Below are positions 27,093 to 40,963 of a stretch of 64,000 nucleotides of DNA, piece after piece. Numbering within the stretch: the stretch's first letter is position 1; each line of letters begins with the position of its first letter. The stretch comes from Callorhinchus milii (lineage: Eukaryota): the NCBI RefSeq assembly GCF_018977255.1, contig NW_024704742.1, positions 11,534,001-11,598,000 on the forward strand, read 5' to 3'. A program made the translations under genes and the position numbers. The notes below the pieces were generated by a model. It was not told the DNA's origin, did no database searches, and worked only from the letters and a program-made list of their open reading frames with translations.

Positions 27093-29504
27093 CTCCAGGT
27101 CCATTTGATCCATTAATATAAATTGACCCCAATAACATTCAGATTTTCTCAAAGTGGTAACTGCATTTTGAGAGCCGTCCTCTCACCTCCAGTTTGAATC
27201 CTGTATCTAATGGGGTAGTGGCAAGGATGGAGGGAGGGGAAGAGAAGAGAGAAAGAGGTGGAGGTCTCAACCTTTTAGGACTCTGCACGCCTGGAAGTAG
27301 ATTCTGAGTTCGGGCAGTGTCTGCTCTGTGTCTCCAGTGAACATGAATGCATTGTGCAAAACTGAACTGAATTTGACACTTCATTTAGCAGTTTGAATTG
27401 CAACCCGCCTGAGAATGTGAAGAACTGAATTGTCAAGAAGGTGCAGCTTTGCTGCTCCAGGGTGTGAGCTGAAGCTCATTCTTGGGATAAGTGACCTCTG
27501 CCATCACTGACCCGGGGGTACTTAGCGCTCTCAATGGAGGCACTATTCTCAATCACTGACATTTCTCACTTTCATGTGCTCCATGGAAACCTCAACAATG
27601 CAGCTATATTGTTTGCACACCAGAGGCCGAACTTTACTGTGTTGCAGTAAATGGGGAAGTTCTTTCTTTGCATTGTACAGCAAATGATCATTCATTCATA
27701 AGTCACTGTCCCAAAAAACTCTACATTAAACAAGTTCCTGCATTATTCTGGTTCAAGTGTTTAAAAAAACACAGCCATCCGTCCCAACAATAGTTTAAGA
27801 TAAATCTATATTCTACATAATAGACCTTATATAGATGATAGAAGGCCTGGCACAATGAGTGCCAGAGCATCACAAGTTGTAATTCAATCTCTGGATTCAG
27901 ATGACCAAATTGCTGGAGCTTTGCTTTTGCAATTTGACATCATCTCAACCCTCAACTGGAAAAATGGTTTGTAATGTATTCCCCTCAGTTGCAATCTTGG
28001 AACACATTACCACTCATACAGTACCCTCTGTGTATTGCTTGCATTTAGATGAATTACAGATGTGTCTTATCTTTCTACATTTTCAGATGTTCACAGTCAC
28101 CGGTAGTTTTATAAAAATGTTGTGTTCAGTTCCAGAATTGTGATCTTTTAATAGATTCAACTCAAAGTGTCATTTGTCTGACTGTTGAGCTAGTTAATTT
28201 TGTTTCTTTTTATTGCTGAAGGTGAAGGATTTGGGGGCAAGAAATTGAACATTTTTCAATTCAGACTATTTCAACAACAAACACTTTCTGAGTTTCAAAT
28301 TTCTGCCTCGTCTCAATCTATGCTTTAGAATTTATAATTGCACAGAACTAGTGGAAAATTCTTCAATTCAGTCTTGATTTGGAGACCATTCTTTTTTAAG
28401 AGCTTCTTTTTAATTTGGTTTCCAAATTAAGACCGAACTTAAGGAATTTCGACAATTCTGAGCAATCTTAAATGTTAAGACTACAACAACATTACACTTG
28501 TATAGCATTCTTCACATCGGGAGAATGTCCCAAGGTGCAAATACTTGTCTTAAAGAGTAAGAATGAATTCCGAGCCAGAGTTCAAGTGCAACAGGTTTAG
28601 ATGCAGAGCCAAGCTTCCTCAAATCAAATTGTGCAAGCATGGCATGAAGCAAATTGGTGGATGAAAAGAATAGAGCCATTACCATTAATTCTGGATCCAC
28701 CATATCCATAGAGAAATAAATTATTTAATTTAGTCTTCCATTCCTGTCAAACCCTGTTATAGGGCTCATCTCTCCCTAGTTGTCAATGTTTTCAGTGATT
28801 GTGCAGCCTCATCAGATATCTTCTATGATATAGTACCAAGCTTTCCTTAATAGCTGTGGTTAGTCCTTACTCTTAAATTCTTTAGGAGTTTGCTTGCAGC
28901 AGGAAATGAGTTTGCCTGTCAGCCTTTCTTTCTTGCTTGCTTTCTGTTTTTCCTCTTCTCTCTCTCTCTCTCTCTCTCTCTTCAGCTCAATTGTTTTTGT
29001 ATAATTTTCATCCCTGTGGCATTCATTTTAGCTGGGATCTGTCTTAATGTTTTAACTACTTATACTTTTCCCAAGCCTTTAATATTCTTTAAATTGCTGT
29101 TAAATTGCTTCTCGGGGAAAGGTGCTGCCCATATAATTTAGTGCTGGTCTCACAGTAGGATTAACCGAGCTGCCAAATATCTTTGCATTACCAGGAATGA
29201 ATGTTTTATGAATGTTACACAAAAGATAGCTGCCAACTCCATTCACTGTAAATAAATAAGGCCATGCAACATATGAATAGTGGATACTTATAATAAGCTG
29301 TTTTGTGTTTTGCAACCCTAAAGTCATCCCCTCTCTGGAAATGAATGAGGATTCACACAACCTTAATTCAGTTACCACATTATCGCTCACACCTCTGTAT
29401 GCACAGCAGTGGCCTTGGTTCACAATACTGCATTTTTGTTAGAAATGCAAAGAACAGAATGGCAAATACTGAATTCAGAAGAAATATGCAACCACGGTAG
29501 AGAA

Positions 29505-30290
29505 CACAACAACCTGCATTTATATAGCACCCTTCATGCGGAGTAGCATCTCGTAGCTTGACAGTGGCGGAGTCTAACCCCGAACCATGGGGAGAGGGAG
29601 TGGAGAAGTAACCGTAAGCACATTCAAAAAGGAAGGTTCCCTGCTTCCCCACCTGCACTCTACCCTCCCCCACCTCAATCCGCAGCTCGGGGCCGTAACT
29701 CTTTCTGTTCAGCGCCTTGAGATGTCCTCCTGACGTGAAAGGCACTTTACAAAGGTAATTTGGTTGTTGTTATTGTAGGCAGCATTTGCTAGTGGGGAGA
29801 GAGTAGACAAGGCGAAGGGATTGAGGGAGAGAGTTCAAGAGTTTGGGGCCGTAGTTGCTGAAGGCACGACCACCGATGGTGGAGTAGAAGGGACAAGGGA
29901 CAAACTGTAGACCAGAGCCAGCCGAGCGGAGGCAGTGGGTGGTGAAGTGGGGGGTAAGCAGATCGGATATGTCAGGAGATGCGAGGAGGGCATTGTAGTA
30001 GTGCAGCTGGAAAGTGACGAAGGCATGGGCGAGAGTTTTGACTGCATTGGTTGGGAGGTGTCGCAGGAAGTATGCAATGTGACGGAGGTGGAAAAAAACG
30101 GCCCTGGTCAGGAACGGATGTGGGGTAGAAAGAAAAGCTGGGGATCAAACCGGATGCCTGAGTTGCGCAGAGGTTTGGAGAGTCTGAGGGAGAGCCCTGG
30201 GAGGTTGAAGAGTTCAGACCTGCAGGAAAGAAGACGTTGACGGGTGCCAACGAGTATGGCTTCCGTCTCACCAACATTCAGCTGCAGAAA
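29505..30290 (-). mobile_element. L2 fragments (minus-strand body and tail, plus-strand tail nested at about 29640-29775)
   Basis: Similar to the 3' part of the L2 copies at 10480-13808 and 61586-62280. Confidence 0.75.
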
Positions 30291-33156
30291 ATTTCCCCTT
30301 GATATTCAGAAATTTTTCATTTATTTATAGTGGACCCTGTGTATCGAGGCTCCCTTTACCTGGCTAACACACTGTCGTATGTGGTGCCAGTCATTAAACG
30401 GAATTGAATTGAAAAGATACTGGATTTATTCACTTGAGGGTTTGGTTGGCAAGAGTCGTAGCATTTCAAGAGGTTAGCCAATTGGCAAACCCCATTAAAC
30501 GTGTAGCACTTGCATATTTGAGAATTTTGATTTCTTTGAGTATCAGAGAATTGGGACATTCAAAACCTAGTTATACAGTGCAGTCTATGTAGGGATTCAC
30601 TGCAAATCAGGAAGTGTTTAATAAGATCATTATTCTTGAAACATTTTGTGAATTAACTCAGCAATTGATGAATATTGTCCCATCTCCTTAGAAACCATTG
30701 CTTTGTTACAATCTTCCAGCCTACCCTCTAGAGTTATGCCAAATGCTTGTAAACAAACAATGGCGATCCTAGGGCTTTTCATCCGCTGGGGTTTTGAGGG
30801 TTGTGTATTTAATCAGACAATTAACCAATGGTCTCTTCAAGGGGAAGCCCAGCTTACGAAATGGTCCTGGGATCCAATATTTTATAAAAGACGATGCCTG
30901 TTCACTTACTGGTGTCTCTCAATCGTTTCTTCCCACGGCATAATGTGCTTCAGCCTGAGGCCGGATAGCTTGTGTGTAAGACTATCTGTGACATAATGAG
31001 TGGAGAATGCTGTTCGCAATCTGCTGTCCATTGCCAGTGTTAAGAAGGGTGGTTGGGGGGAAGGGCAGAATTGAGACACAAAAGGTCTGCTTGCTTGGCT
31101 ACAGGAATCTAGGAAGATAGGGATGGGAAAGGCCATCAAATCTGTTCTGCCATAGACCATTCCTTGGCCAACATACTGCATTCTTCCCTAATCCCAACTC
31201 CCTGCCCTTTTGCCATACACGTTAGATTTCTACTCCTCCAAACATTGGTGTATCTCTTCCTTAAATCTCTTATGTGATCTCTCGTCGAATGCCAACACTC
31301 CTAAAGCTCAAAAGGCAGCAGAAGTAGTTGTTTGAGAAGGAGCGTTTATATGAAGGGCTTCTCCAATAACTATAGCAGGGCGTTTATCCACTAGACATCC
31401 ATGCATGGAGTTCAGCACACACACAGAACAATGAGTTCCAGAGTTGAATCTTGCACTGTTGCAATGTTATGTCCTATCTCAGCGAGGGCAGTAATTGCAA
31501 AGCTATAACTGGCCTTAACACTATCTGAGGTTGGGGTAAGAGAATAAAGTCTAGGGTTTCCTCTTTGTTTGCTTTCTGGAGATGCTTGCTGGAACATGTG
31601 CCTGAGGATAGGATCAGTCCTGACTAAGCTTCTCCAGTGAGTGAATAGCCTGGCAACATAATATTGAGGCTCACATAGGATTAGCATTTAATGGGCACTT
31701 GGGCAAGGTGTCAAAGGTCGGGCGAGATGCCAGAAATACCATCTGCCTATTGAACACGAGTCTGAAAGGAGGACAAAAGGTGGAGCGAATCGAAAAAAAC
31801 GTTATCAGAAATCTCGCTTTATAATCAATGAGATTTCAGAACAATTCCATTGACTGTGTTTTGAGGAGCTGATACTTTAACTTAAATTGCTGGCAGACAT
31901 CCTTAGACCATTCTCATTTCTGATCCTACACTGCCCATTCCACTTTCCATTTGTTTATCATACAATAAGCTGATGGTAAAATCTTTTAATCAACTGAAAA
32001 TTCTATCCTCTGTGGTCATGGTTAAAGCAACTGTATTGCGATGGTGTGATCCAAACTGAATGTTTATGGTAGTTGGTTACAAATATTTCTGTATCGTAAA
32101 TCACATTCTTTTGCCTTTGGTCAATTTGGTCTGTTTGATGAAGCAGATATCTTCGACCACAGCGCAGTATATTGGCGTGCTTCTAATATGTGGTGTGACC
32201 TCCTGCTTGCCCAGACCTGTTTTAGAACGCCACAAAGCACTCGGAGTGCATTATCTTAATGGCTGCTTTCAGTCAACATAACAGGTAAAAAAAAACAGGT
32301 CTCCTTTAAGCAAATTGATGATGACCTATGCCACACTACAGGTTTGTGCAATCATGGTTGCGTTGTCAAAGCAACTGGAAAGGTATCCCACGCATAAATC
32401 TTATTCAGCAAATATGAGTGTCTGTCTTAGAATGGAGACACCTTCCAAAAAAATTGCTTGTCTGAACGGAATAGAAATTCAGAAAATCTTGGGGAAAAAT
32501 AAGTCTAATGTTTAAGGTCATTTAGGAATGCGTTGAATGAGCATTAATTGCAGCTCATTTTCATGCCTGTTGTGAATCTTAGCACATCGAGTACACAATG
32601 AAGGTCGGGAGTTGATAGTCAGTAGTGATACAGAACATAAGGGAACAAAGTGTTGCCTTTATGTATTACAAAATGGTGAAAGATCACACCTTTAACCTGA
32701 TATCAGTATTTGAGGATCATTACATAAATGCTCAGGATTAATTTGTCTTGTCTTGCCTACAATCACAACAACTTTAAAATAATTAACTCTGCGAAGCACT
32801 CTTTGAAAAATTTCAATGCAAGATGCATCAAATACAGCTATTATGAAACCAAGTTAGATGACAACATAAACAACTTGCATTCACATAGCACTTGTAGGCT
32901 AACATCTCAGAGCGCTTCAATGGCATGATTGGATGAGAGGAAGGACAAAGAGTGTTGGTAGGCACAATCAAGGAGGTAGGTTTTAAGTTGGAATCACAGC
33001 TTTGTACTCCCCTCCCCCCCCCCCCACACACACACACACACACCTATATACAAGAGGGTCTTCATTGAGATGCACTTTTTGTATATTGCACCATGCTAAT
33101 TATTCATGATGTCAACTCATAAAATGCTCTTGGTGCCTGAGAAGACCGTACTACTA

Positions 33157-33348
33157 ACAATAATAATCTTTGCATTTGATATAGCATCTTATCACATCTT
33201 TGTGACGATTCAAAACTCTTCACAGAATATACCGTCAAGTAAATTGACAGTATAATTTGTGGGTGAAATGTGGCAGCCAATTACGCACAGCAGTGTCCCT
33301 CAAACAGTCGTGGATTGAGTGATCGATATATTATTATTATTATCATTA
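33157..33348 (-). mobile_element. SINE 3' half
   Basis: Tail and core on the minus strand. Confidence 0.8.
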
Positions 33349-35399
33349 TCCAATGCAACTTTTTGACTTAAATCTGGATTTTGCCCAATTGGACGACTGC
33401 AGTTATTTTGTTTCCCTTTGGGAAAAAAATCGTTATAAGTTGCTCTATTTTTCTTCACTCCTTTTGCTCTCAGGTTCCACGCTATTTATCGTTCCTGGTG
33501 ACCATTATAGTTTCTCTCTCTCTCTCACTCCCTGGATGAGCTAGCAATTAAAACAGATCGAGTTTTGTCCTTTTTTGTTTGAGAAGGGGGGAGTTAATGA
33601 TCTTTAGCAGCTAATGGCGGAGTTAAGAGGTTCTATATTTGGTCCATATCAAAAACTTTCAAACATTTTTATACAGTGGAGTAGAAGATTCACAACTTTG
33701 CATTGTTGCATCATGGCCTGATCATTTATAGCGTATTGATTCACCTTGTACTTTACCCTCCCTTTGGAGAAAGTGTGTCTTCTGCTGGGCACTCGCAAGC
33801 TTCAAGAACAAATGCCTCATGCTCATTAAAGGAAGCACAAGAGGTCTGCAATGAGCTGAGCAGACTTGTCAGCTCATGTGGCACATTTACGCCACACATT
33901 TGTCTATCCATGAAAGCTAATTCCTGCCTTTGGCTCTGTTCCTTTCCTTGCATTTGTGTCCATTGCCCAGAATGGCAACAGTTCTATTGTGCTCCCAGCA
34001 ATCTGTGCTTTGTAAAGTGCCTGTTGGATAATAACCCCCTCTCGCCAAAAAAAGGATCAAATTCTGCTCGTCTACAAAGTAATCAAACTGCAAATAGCAG
34101 ATAATTCACAGTGTGCATGCATTCTTTGTACTCTCCTGCAGAAAAATAAATAATTTCCTGTGCAGTAAAATTAAACGTTAAGTTGCATGACATAATGGGA
34201 CTTGCTCTACCTTTTAATTCAGAAGGAGACTCTGGGATCACAGACTTTCTTCTTAAATGACTTCTGTAGGTTACATAAGAAAATCCCACATTCTTGACTG
34301 TCGAGGATCCCGTCCTCTGCTGAGTAACAGTGCTATATTTTGAGCGGTCCTGTGCTTTTCTCTGGTTGACTTCTAATGTGCGTGTCTCCACTCTATTGAG
34401 GATTTCTCATTGAAATGTGTAATTCAATTTCCTAAAGTGAGTAATTTTTCTAATGTAGCTAGGGAGTACTTTGAACACAAACTTTGAATGTACTGCCACG
34501 TCTGCCGTACCTGCAGAAGCATATTGATTAATCACCGGTCCTTGTTTCCCTTTAGCCTATATTGTGTTTATATTACTTTACTATGATTTGTGCACTATCT
34601 TTATACATAAGATGTAAAAATTACATCTTGCCAATGAGTTATTGTTGTGATTCAGTCTTGGGGGTTCGGGTGTGTGTNGGGGGGAGGGGGAGTTTCTGCT
34701 TTACTCTTTTGGTCTCTCACTCAGGGTGATCTAATCTTCTGGACGCAGGTTTTGAGAAATGTCCCCGGGACGCATAATCAATATTTTTGTCATTCCTTTC
34801 CCCATAACCCACATATTGTCATTCCTTTCATTCATAACCCACAGGTATATATGAATTCAATGATGTGCATATATGCAAGAAAAATAAATGAAAGTGAAAT
34901 AAATAATTAAGTGAATTAATATGCACATCATTTATCAGCCCTAACAACAAACAAAATAATGATAATTTCAAATGGAAATCATATATGCATCAAGTTATTA
35001 TTACAATCAAAACACAAGATTTCAACTCAGCATTTGGAGGCCCCCTGTAGAGAATACTCAAGAAAACCTAACAGATTAATCCATGATTGCAAAACTGACA
35101 AAAGGCTTTTCCATTACTTTTAATAAACAAGTAATCCACTTCCCACCTTCACTAAAATCCGCTATTTTCCACATCGACCTTGCTTTCCTTACTGTGAGTC
35201 GTAGTTCTGGAGTGATAGAATTGCAAAATATGCAACAATACCTTTTTAAACCACTCTGTCTCTCTTCCTGTCGTTTCTCCACGCTGACTCTCCCGAGTTT
35301 GTACAAGACAGCAGTTAGCGTAGAGAGTGGCAGAGAAAGGGGCAGATCGGGAAGTGTGAATCAAACCTCCGGCTTGCGGAGATTGACCAGAGGCACAGC

Positions 35400-35476
35400 T
35401 GGAAAGTAAAACAATGAAGTGGAAATGGTTTGGGGGCCAGATGTGATCCGTGGGCCGCCACTTGGGCCACATCTGA
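35400..35476. mobile_element. Possible hAT-Charlie DNA transposon terminus
   Basis: gggccagatgtgatccgtgggccgccacttgggccacatctg followed by atcta resembles a Charlie-type subterminal/TIR end; I could not find the partner end. Confidence 0.35.
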
Positions 35477-36156
35477 TCTATGTTAGGACAGGTATTTAGC
35501 CTTATTTACTGCCTCATCAATTACTGCCATCTGCCCATTTTCTTCTGTGTCTGTCACTGTGTCAGGCACTCAGTGCAAATTTTACTTTGTTTTCTAGTTG
35601 AAGGCTGCAGTGATACCCTGAGCTCCTTCATTAATTGCTATTATGAGTGAAGCATTTGCGTTTGTTACTGTACAATTCGAGCAACTGCAGTCATGGATCA
35701 CAGATTCGTCAGAGACTGAAGAAGTTCAGCCTTGCTGATCCCAGATGCTGCTGTTCATACCTGCGTGTCAGATTATAAATGCTCCGAGACACTATCCTGG
35801 GTGACGCATGCTATATAACTGCAAACTGTTGTTGCATAATCTGAGAATTATTAATGATAAAAAACGTATCAGTGATAAAATACAGTTGTCCATGTGATAA
35901 CATGCATGGTAGATCACACAATTCCTTGCCAGAGAGGAGTATGGATCAACCGTTCATTTAACCTTGTTGAAATGGAAATCGCCTCTGCTGTCTTCTCAGC
36001 AGCTTCTATTTTTGGTGAGTCCCGTGCAGACTAAATGGTGTTGGTTCTGTGAAATATTTGTGCCAAATCAACTCAACACCTCCAGCTTAATAGAGCATTC
36101 GATTTACCCAATCAATCTCAATGAACAAAAGTGCTACCTCCAAGGAGGTAACCAGT

Positions 36157-36430
36157 GTAGAGTCATGTAGCTCAGTGGTTAAAGTACTCGCCTCGCAAAC
36201 GAGAGACCTGGGTTCGATTCCCGCCTAGGTGAAATGTTGAGCAACTTTCCTTACTCCACACACCTCTGTTTACCTAGCAGTAAGTAAGAACCTGGTTGTC
36301 TATTCATTGCGCATCGCTTTTCCGGGAGTAATAATTCCTTCAAAAACAAATAATAAAATAATTTAGTCACTCAATACATGACTGTTTGTAGGACACTGCT
36401 GTGCGCAATTGGCTGCCACGTTTCTCCCTA
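36157..36430 (+). mobile_element. SINE, long subfamily, 3'-truncated
   Basis: A box, B box ggttcgattcc, core. Confidence 0.85.
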
Positions 36431-36746
36431 AAAGGAAGTAAATTACAGGAGTATGAGGAAATGGCAGGTAAATGGAACTAAATATATTTTTTGTACTAAA
36501 TGTATTGATATTTTATAGAGCTGGTACAGATCTTCGCCACCCTATTCAATTTGCCAACCCAGTCCATTTACCTTGCTCCCTACCTTGCCTCCTTCAGGGC
36601 ACGTCTCAAGACCCTCCTCTTCGACTGAGCCTCAGGTCACCCTCCTACCTTTATCCTCCTTGCCCTCCACTCCTCCTGATCCCAAACCCCTGCTTGGGTC
36701 CAAATCCCTGATTGTCCAGCGACTTTGGACATCCTCTCAACATGAA

Positions 36747-37061
36747 AGTCTTGTAGCTCAGTGGTTAGAGCACTCGCTTTGCAAGTGAGAGACCTGAGTT
36801 CAATTCCAGGCAGAGGGCGAAACCTTGGGCAAGTTTCCTTACTCCACACACCTAATAATAATCCCTCAAAAAAAAACAATAATAAATTGGTCATTTTCAA
36901 TCCATGACTGTTTGTGGGACATTGCTGTGCGCAATTGGCTGCCGCGTTCGCCCACAAATATACAGTCAATTCACTTTACAGTATATTCTGTGAAGCGCTC
37001 TGGGACGTCTAGAAGACATGAAAAGCGCTATATCAAATGCAAAGATTATTACTAATATTAT
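36747..37061 (+). mobile_element. SINE, short subfamily, inserted in an L2 3' tail (about 36560-37094)
   Basis: Full SINE; the L2 tail resumes as aaagacgctgtacaaattattttgttgttg. Confidence 0.9.
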
Positions 37062-37289
37062 AAAGACGCTGTACAAATTATTTTGTTGTTGTTGATGGGC
37101 TGAATGGCCACCTTCTGTGCTGTAAGGACCCAACTCGGGTCCAAAAATCCCTGACTGTCCAGCACCATGGAATGTCTTTCTGACGTGAAAGGCACTATAC
37201 AGTGTAATTTGTTGTAGTTGTTAATTTCTAAGGTTCTAAGTCACAGTTTTGTGCAGCGGTATCTAAATTGCAGAATTTCTTAAGAATAA

Positions 37290-40200
37290 CTCGAGGCAAG
37301 CAATCAGGTCAGAGTGGAGGCGGAGCCTGGGCCTAGCGATCAGCATAAAAGGAGCGGCTGAGGTAAACACTGACAGCAAATTAAAACAAAAAAACAAAAC
37401 AAAAACAAAAATTATTGAAAACACCGTGTGAGCAGATGATGTGGCAGGTGAAATGCGAGGACTGTGACATGTGGGAGTTAATGGAGGGCCCTGAGTCCGG
37501 GCGACTTCATCTGCAGCAAGTGTCTGCAACTCAGGAAGCTCCAGCTGAGAGTAGCTGAGCTGGAAGCCGAGGTGCAGACACTGCGCTCCATCAGGGACAG
37601 TGAGAGGTTCCTGGACAGTATGATGGAGGAAACCATCACTCCCCTGAGGCTTGGGAGAAGCGTGCATCCGGTTAATGCTCAGGGACAGGATGTTTTCATC
37701 AGTCCTGCAGATAATGGGACCCCTGAGAAAGGGGTGATGAAGCCTTGGTCTTCAAACTTGATCAACGGAATTGAGTATTTGATGGATCAGACACCTCAAG
37801 AGGTGGTCACCTCACCCCACACACCGAGGGTTCAGACGGAAAATGACTGGATGATTGTCCGGCATGATAGGAAGAGGGGACGGGCTGGGCAGAATGCCTC
37901 CAATAGTGTATTCAGGACGGATAGGGAAGGAAAAAAAGGAGGGGGTGTGGCAATGTTAGTCAAAGATACGGTTAAAGCCGTGGAAAGGGTCGAGGTGCTG
38001 GAGGGCCCCCAAACGGAATCTATCTGGTTAGAGTTAAGGAACAAAAAAGGAGCTGTTACACTGGTAGGGGTATACTATAGTCCATCAAATAGTGGGAAGG
38101 AAATAGATAAGCAGATCTGCAAGCAGATCTCAGACAGATGCACGGCCAATAGAGTCGTGATGATGGGGGACTTTAATTATCCCAACAAAGACTGGCAAAT
38201 CAACAGCTCAAAGGGAAAGGAGGAGGAAATATTCCTAAAATGTATACAGGACAACTTTCTTGATCAGTACGTTTCCAGCCCAACAAGGAAGGAAGCAGCG
38301 CTAGATCTAGTTCTGAGGAATGAAGTAGGGCAAGTGGAGCAAGTTTCAGTGGGAGAGCATCTGGGCAATAGTGATCATAAAATCATTAGATTCAAAGTGC
38401 ATATGGAAAGAGATAAGGAACCATATAACGTAAAGATATTCAACTGGAAGAGGGCAAATTTCAGTGAGTTAAAAAGGGACCTAGCCAAGGTGGACTGGGA
38501 AGAAAGATTGGCAGGTAAAACAACTAAAGAGCAGTGGGAAGTCTTCAAGGATGAGATAGCTCGGGGACAGAATAAATACATTCCCACAAAAGGGAAAAGT
38601 AGGGCTTCCAAACCTCCCTGGATGATGAAGGTAATTGTATCTAAAATGAAGCAGAAAAAGGAGGCGTATGACAAATGTCAAACCCAAGATACAGAAGACA
38701 ACCAAATCGAATATAGGAAGTGCAGAAGATGTTTGAAAAAGGAAATAAGAGGGGCAAAAAGATTATGCAAAAAAAGGTTAGAGGGTAACATCAAAGGGAA
38801 TTCTAAAATATTTTACAAACATGTCAAAGAAAAAAGGCAAGTCAAAGGTAGGGTGGGGCTAATTAAGGACCAAGGAGGAAATCTTATTGTGGAGGCAGAG
38901 GGCACGGCTGATGTGCTGAATGAGTACTTTGCATCTGTCTTCACAAAAGAAGTGGATGCACCAAATGCCGCAGTATCGGAGGAGAGGTTAGAGGAAATGG
39001 ATAGGATAAGTAGAAACAAAGAGGAAGTACTGAAAAGGTTGACTGTCACTGAAGGTGGATAAGTCGCTTGGTCTGGACGGAATGCAACTAAGTTTACTAT
39101 GGGAGGCACGCGTACAAATAGCAGAGGCTTTGGCTAAAATTTTTCAATCTTTGTTGGACACAGGGGTGGTGCCAGAGGACTGGAGAGTGTCCAATGTGAC
39201 TCCTCTGTACAAAAAGGGACAGAAGGACAAACCTGGGAACCACAGGCCAGTCAGCCTAACATCAGTAGTGGGGAAACTCCTGGAGACTATAATCCGGGAC
39301 AGAATAAATCTTCACTTAGAAGAATATGGGTTAATTAGGGACAGCCAGCAAGGATTTGTTAAAGGCAAATCTTGTCTAACAAATCTAATAGAATTTTTTG
39401 ATGAGGTAATGGAGAGGGTGGATAAAGGTAGTGCAGTTGATGTAGTTTATATGGACTTTCAAAAAGCATTTGACAAAGTGCCGCATGAAAGACTTGTAAG
39501 AAAGATAGAAGCCCACGGTGTAAAAGGGACAGTGGCAGCATGGATCCAGAACTGGCTGGGAGACAGAAAGCAGAGAGTTGTGGTGAACGGCTGCTTTTCT
39601 GACCGGAGGGAAGTGTACAGTGGCGTCCCCCAGGGATCGGTATTAGGACCACTGCTCTTCTTAATATACATAAATAATAATAATAATCCTTGCATTTGAT
39701 ATAGCGCTTTTCACGTCGGGAGGACGTCCCAAAGCGCTTCACAGAATATACTGTAAAGTGAATTGACTGTATATTTGTGGGCGAACGCGGCAGCCAATTG
39801 CGCACAGCAATGTCCCACAAACAGTCGTAGATTGAAAATGACCAATTTATTATTGTTTTTTGTTTTGGAGGGATTATTATTAGGCGAGTGGAGTAAGGAA
39901 ACTTGCCCAAGGTTTCGCCCTGACCTGCCTGGAATTGAACTCAGGTTTCTCACTTGCAAAGCGAGTGCTCTAACCACTGAGCTACAGGACTCCGCATGAT
40001 CTGGATAAATGATAACTCCGCATAAATGATCTGGAATTGGGTATAGCAAGTACCATTTCCAAGTTTGCGGACGACACAAAGTTAGGTAGGGTAGTAAACA
40101 GTGAGAAGGATAGGAGCCAACTGCAGGAAGACAGACAGAATGGTAAAATGGGCAGATGAGTTTCAATGTGGAGAAATGCGAGGTAATGCATTATGGTAGA

Positions 40201-40963
40201 AAGAATGAGGGGAGGCAATATAGGCTGGTAATACAATCTTAAGGGGGGTAAAAGAACAGAGAGACCTGGGGGTGCAGGTAAATGTATCCTTGAAGGTGGC
40301 AGGACAGGTGGATAAAGCTGTAAAAAGGGCATATGGGATACTAGGCTTTATAAATAGGGGCACAGAGTACAAGAGTCAGGAGGTTATGATTAACCCATAT
40401 AAAACACTGGTTAGGCCTCAGTTAGAATACTGCGCCCAGTTTTGGGCACCACACTGGATGTTAAGGCATTGGAAAGGGTGCAGAGGAGATTTACAAGAAT
40501 GGTACCAGGAATGAGGGACCTTGATTATGAGGAAAAGCTAGTGAGGCGAGGATTATTCTCATTGGAGCAGAGAAGATTACGAGGAGACTTAATAGAGGTC
40601 TTCAAAATCATGAGGGGATTTGATAGGTTAGAAAGGGAAAAACTATTTCCACTGGTGGGTGTGTCGGTGACTCGAGGTCACAGATTCAAAATAGTCTCTA
40701 AAAGAAGCAGAGGGGAGGTGAGACATTTTTTCACACTGCGAGTTGCGCGAATCTGGAACACATTGCCTGAAAGGGTGGTCGAGATCGATTCGATAACAAC
40801 TTTTAAAAACGCGATGGAGGGTTATTTGAGGAGGACGTTTGCAGGGTTATGGGGAAAGGGCTGGGGAGTGGGATTGACATTAATTGCTCTATTCAAAAAG
40901 CCGGCACAAACTCGATGGGCCGAATGGCCTCTTTTTGTGCTGTTTAATTCTATGATTCTATGA
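37290..40963 (+). mobile_element. CR1 LINE keeping 5' UTR and ORF1 N-terminus, with internal deletion and SINE insertion
   Basis: ORF1 zinc-finger/leucine-zipper (CEDC...CSKCLQLRKLQLRVAELEAEV); endonuclease GGGVA, MGDFNYP, LGNSDH; RT YMDFQKAFDKVPH, GVPQGSVLGP, FADDTK; tail ttctatgattctatga. Confidence 0.95.
39676..39993 (-). mobile_element. SINE, short young subfamily, inserted in the CR1 RT region
   Basis: Full length; target-site duplication cataaat (39669-39675, 40021-40027). Confidence 0.95.
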
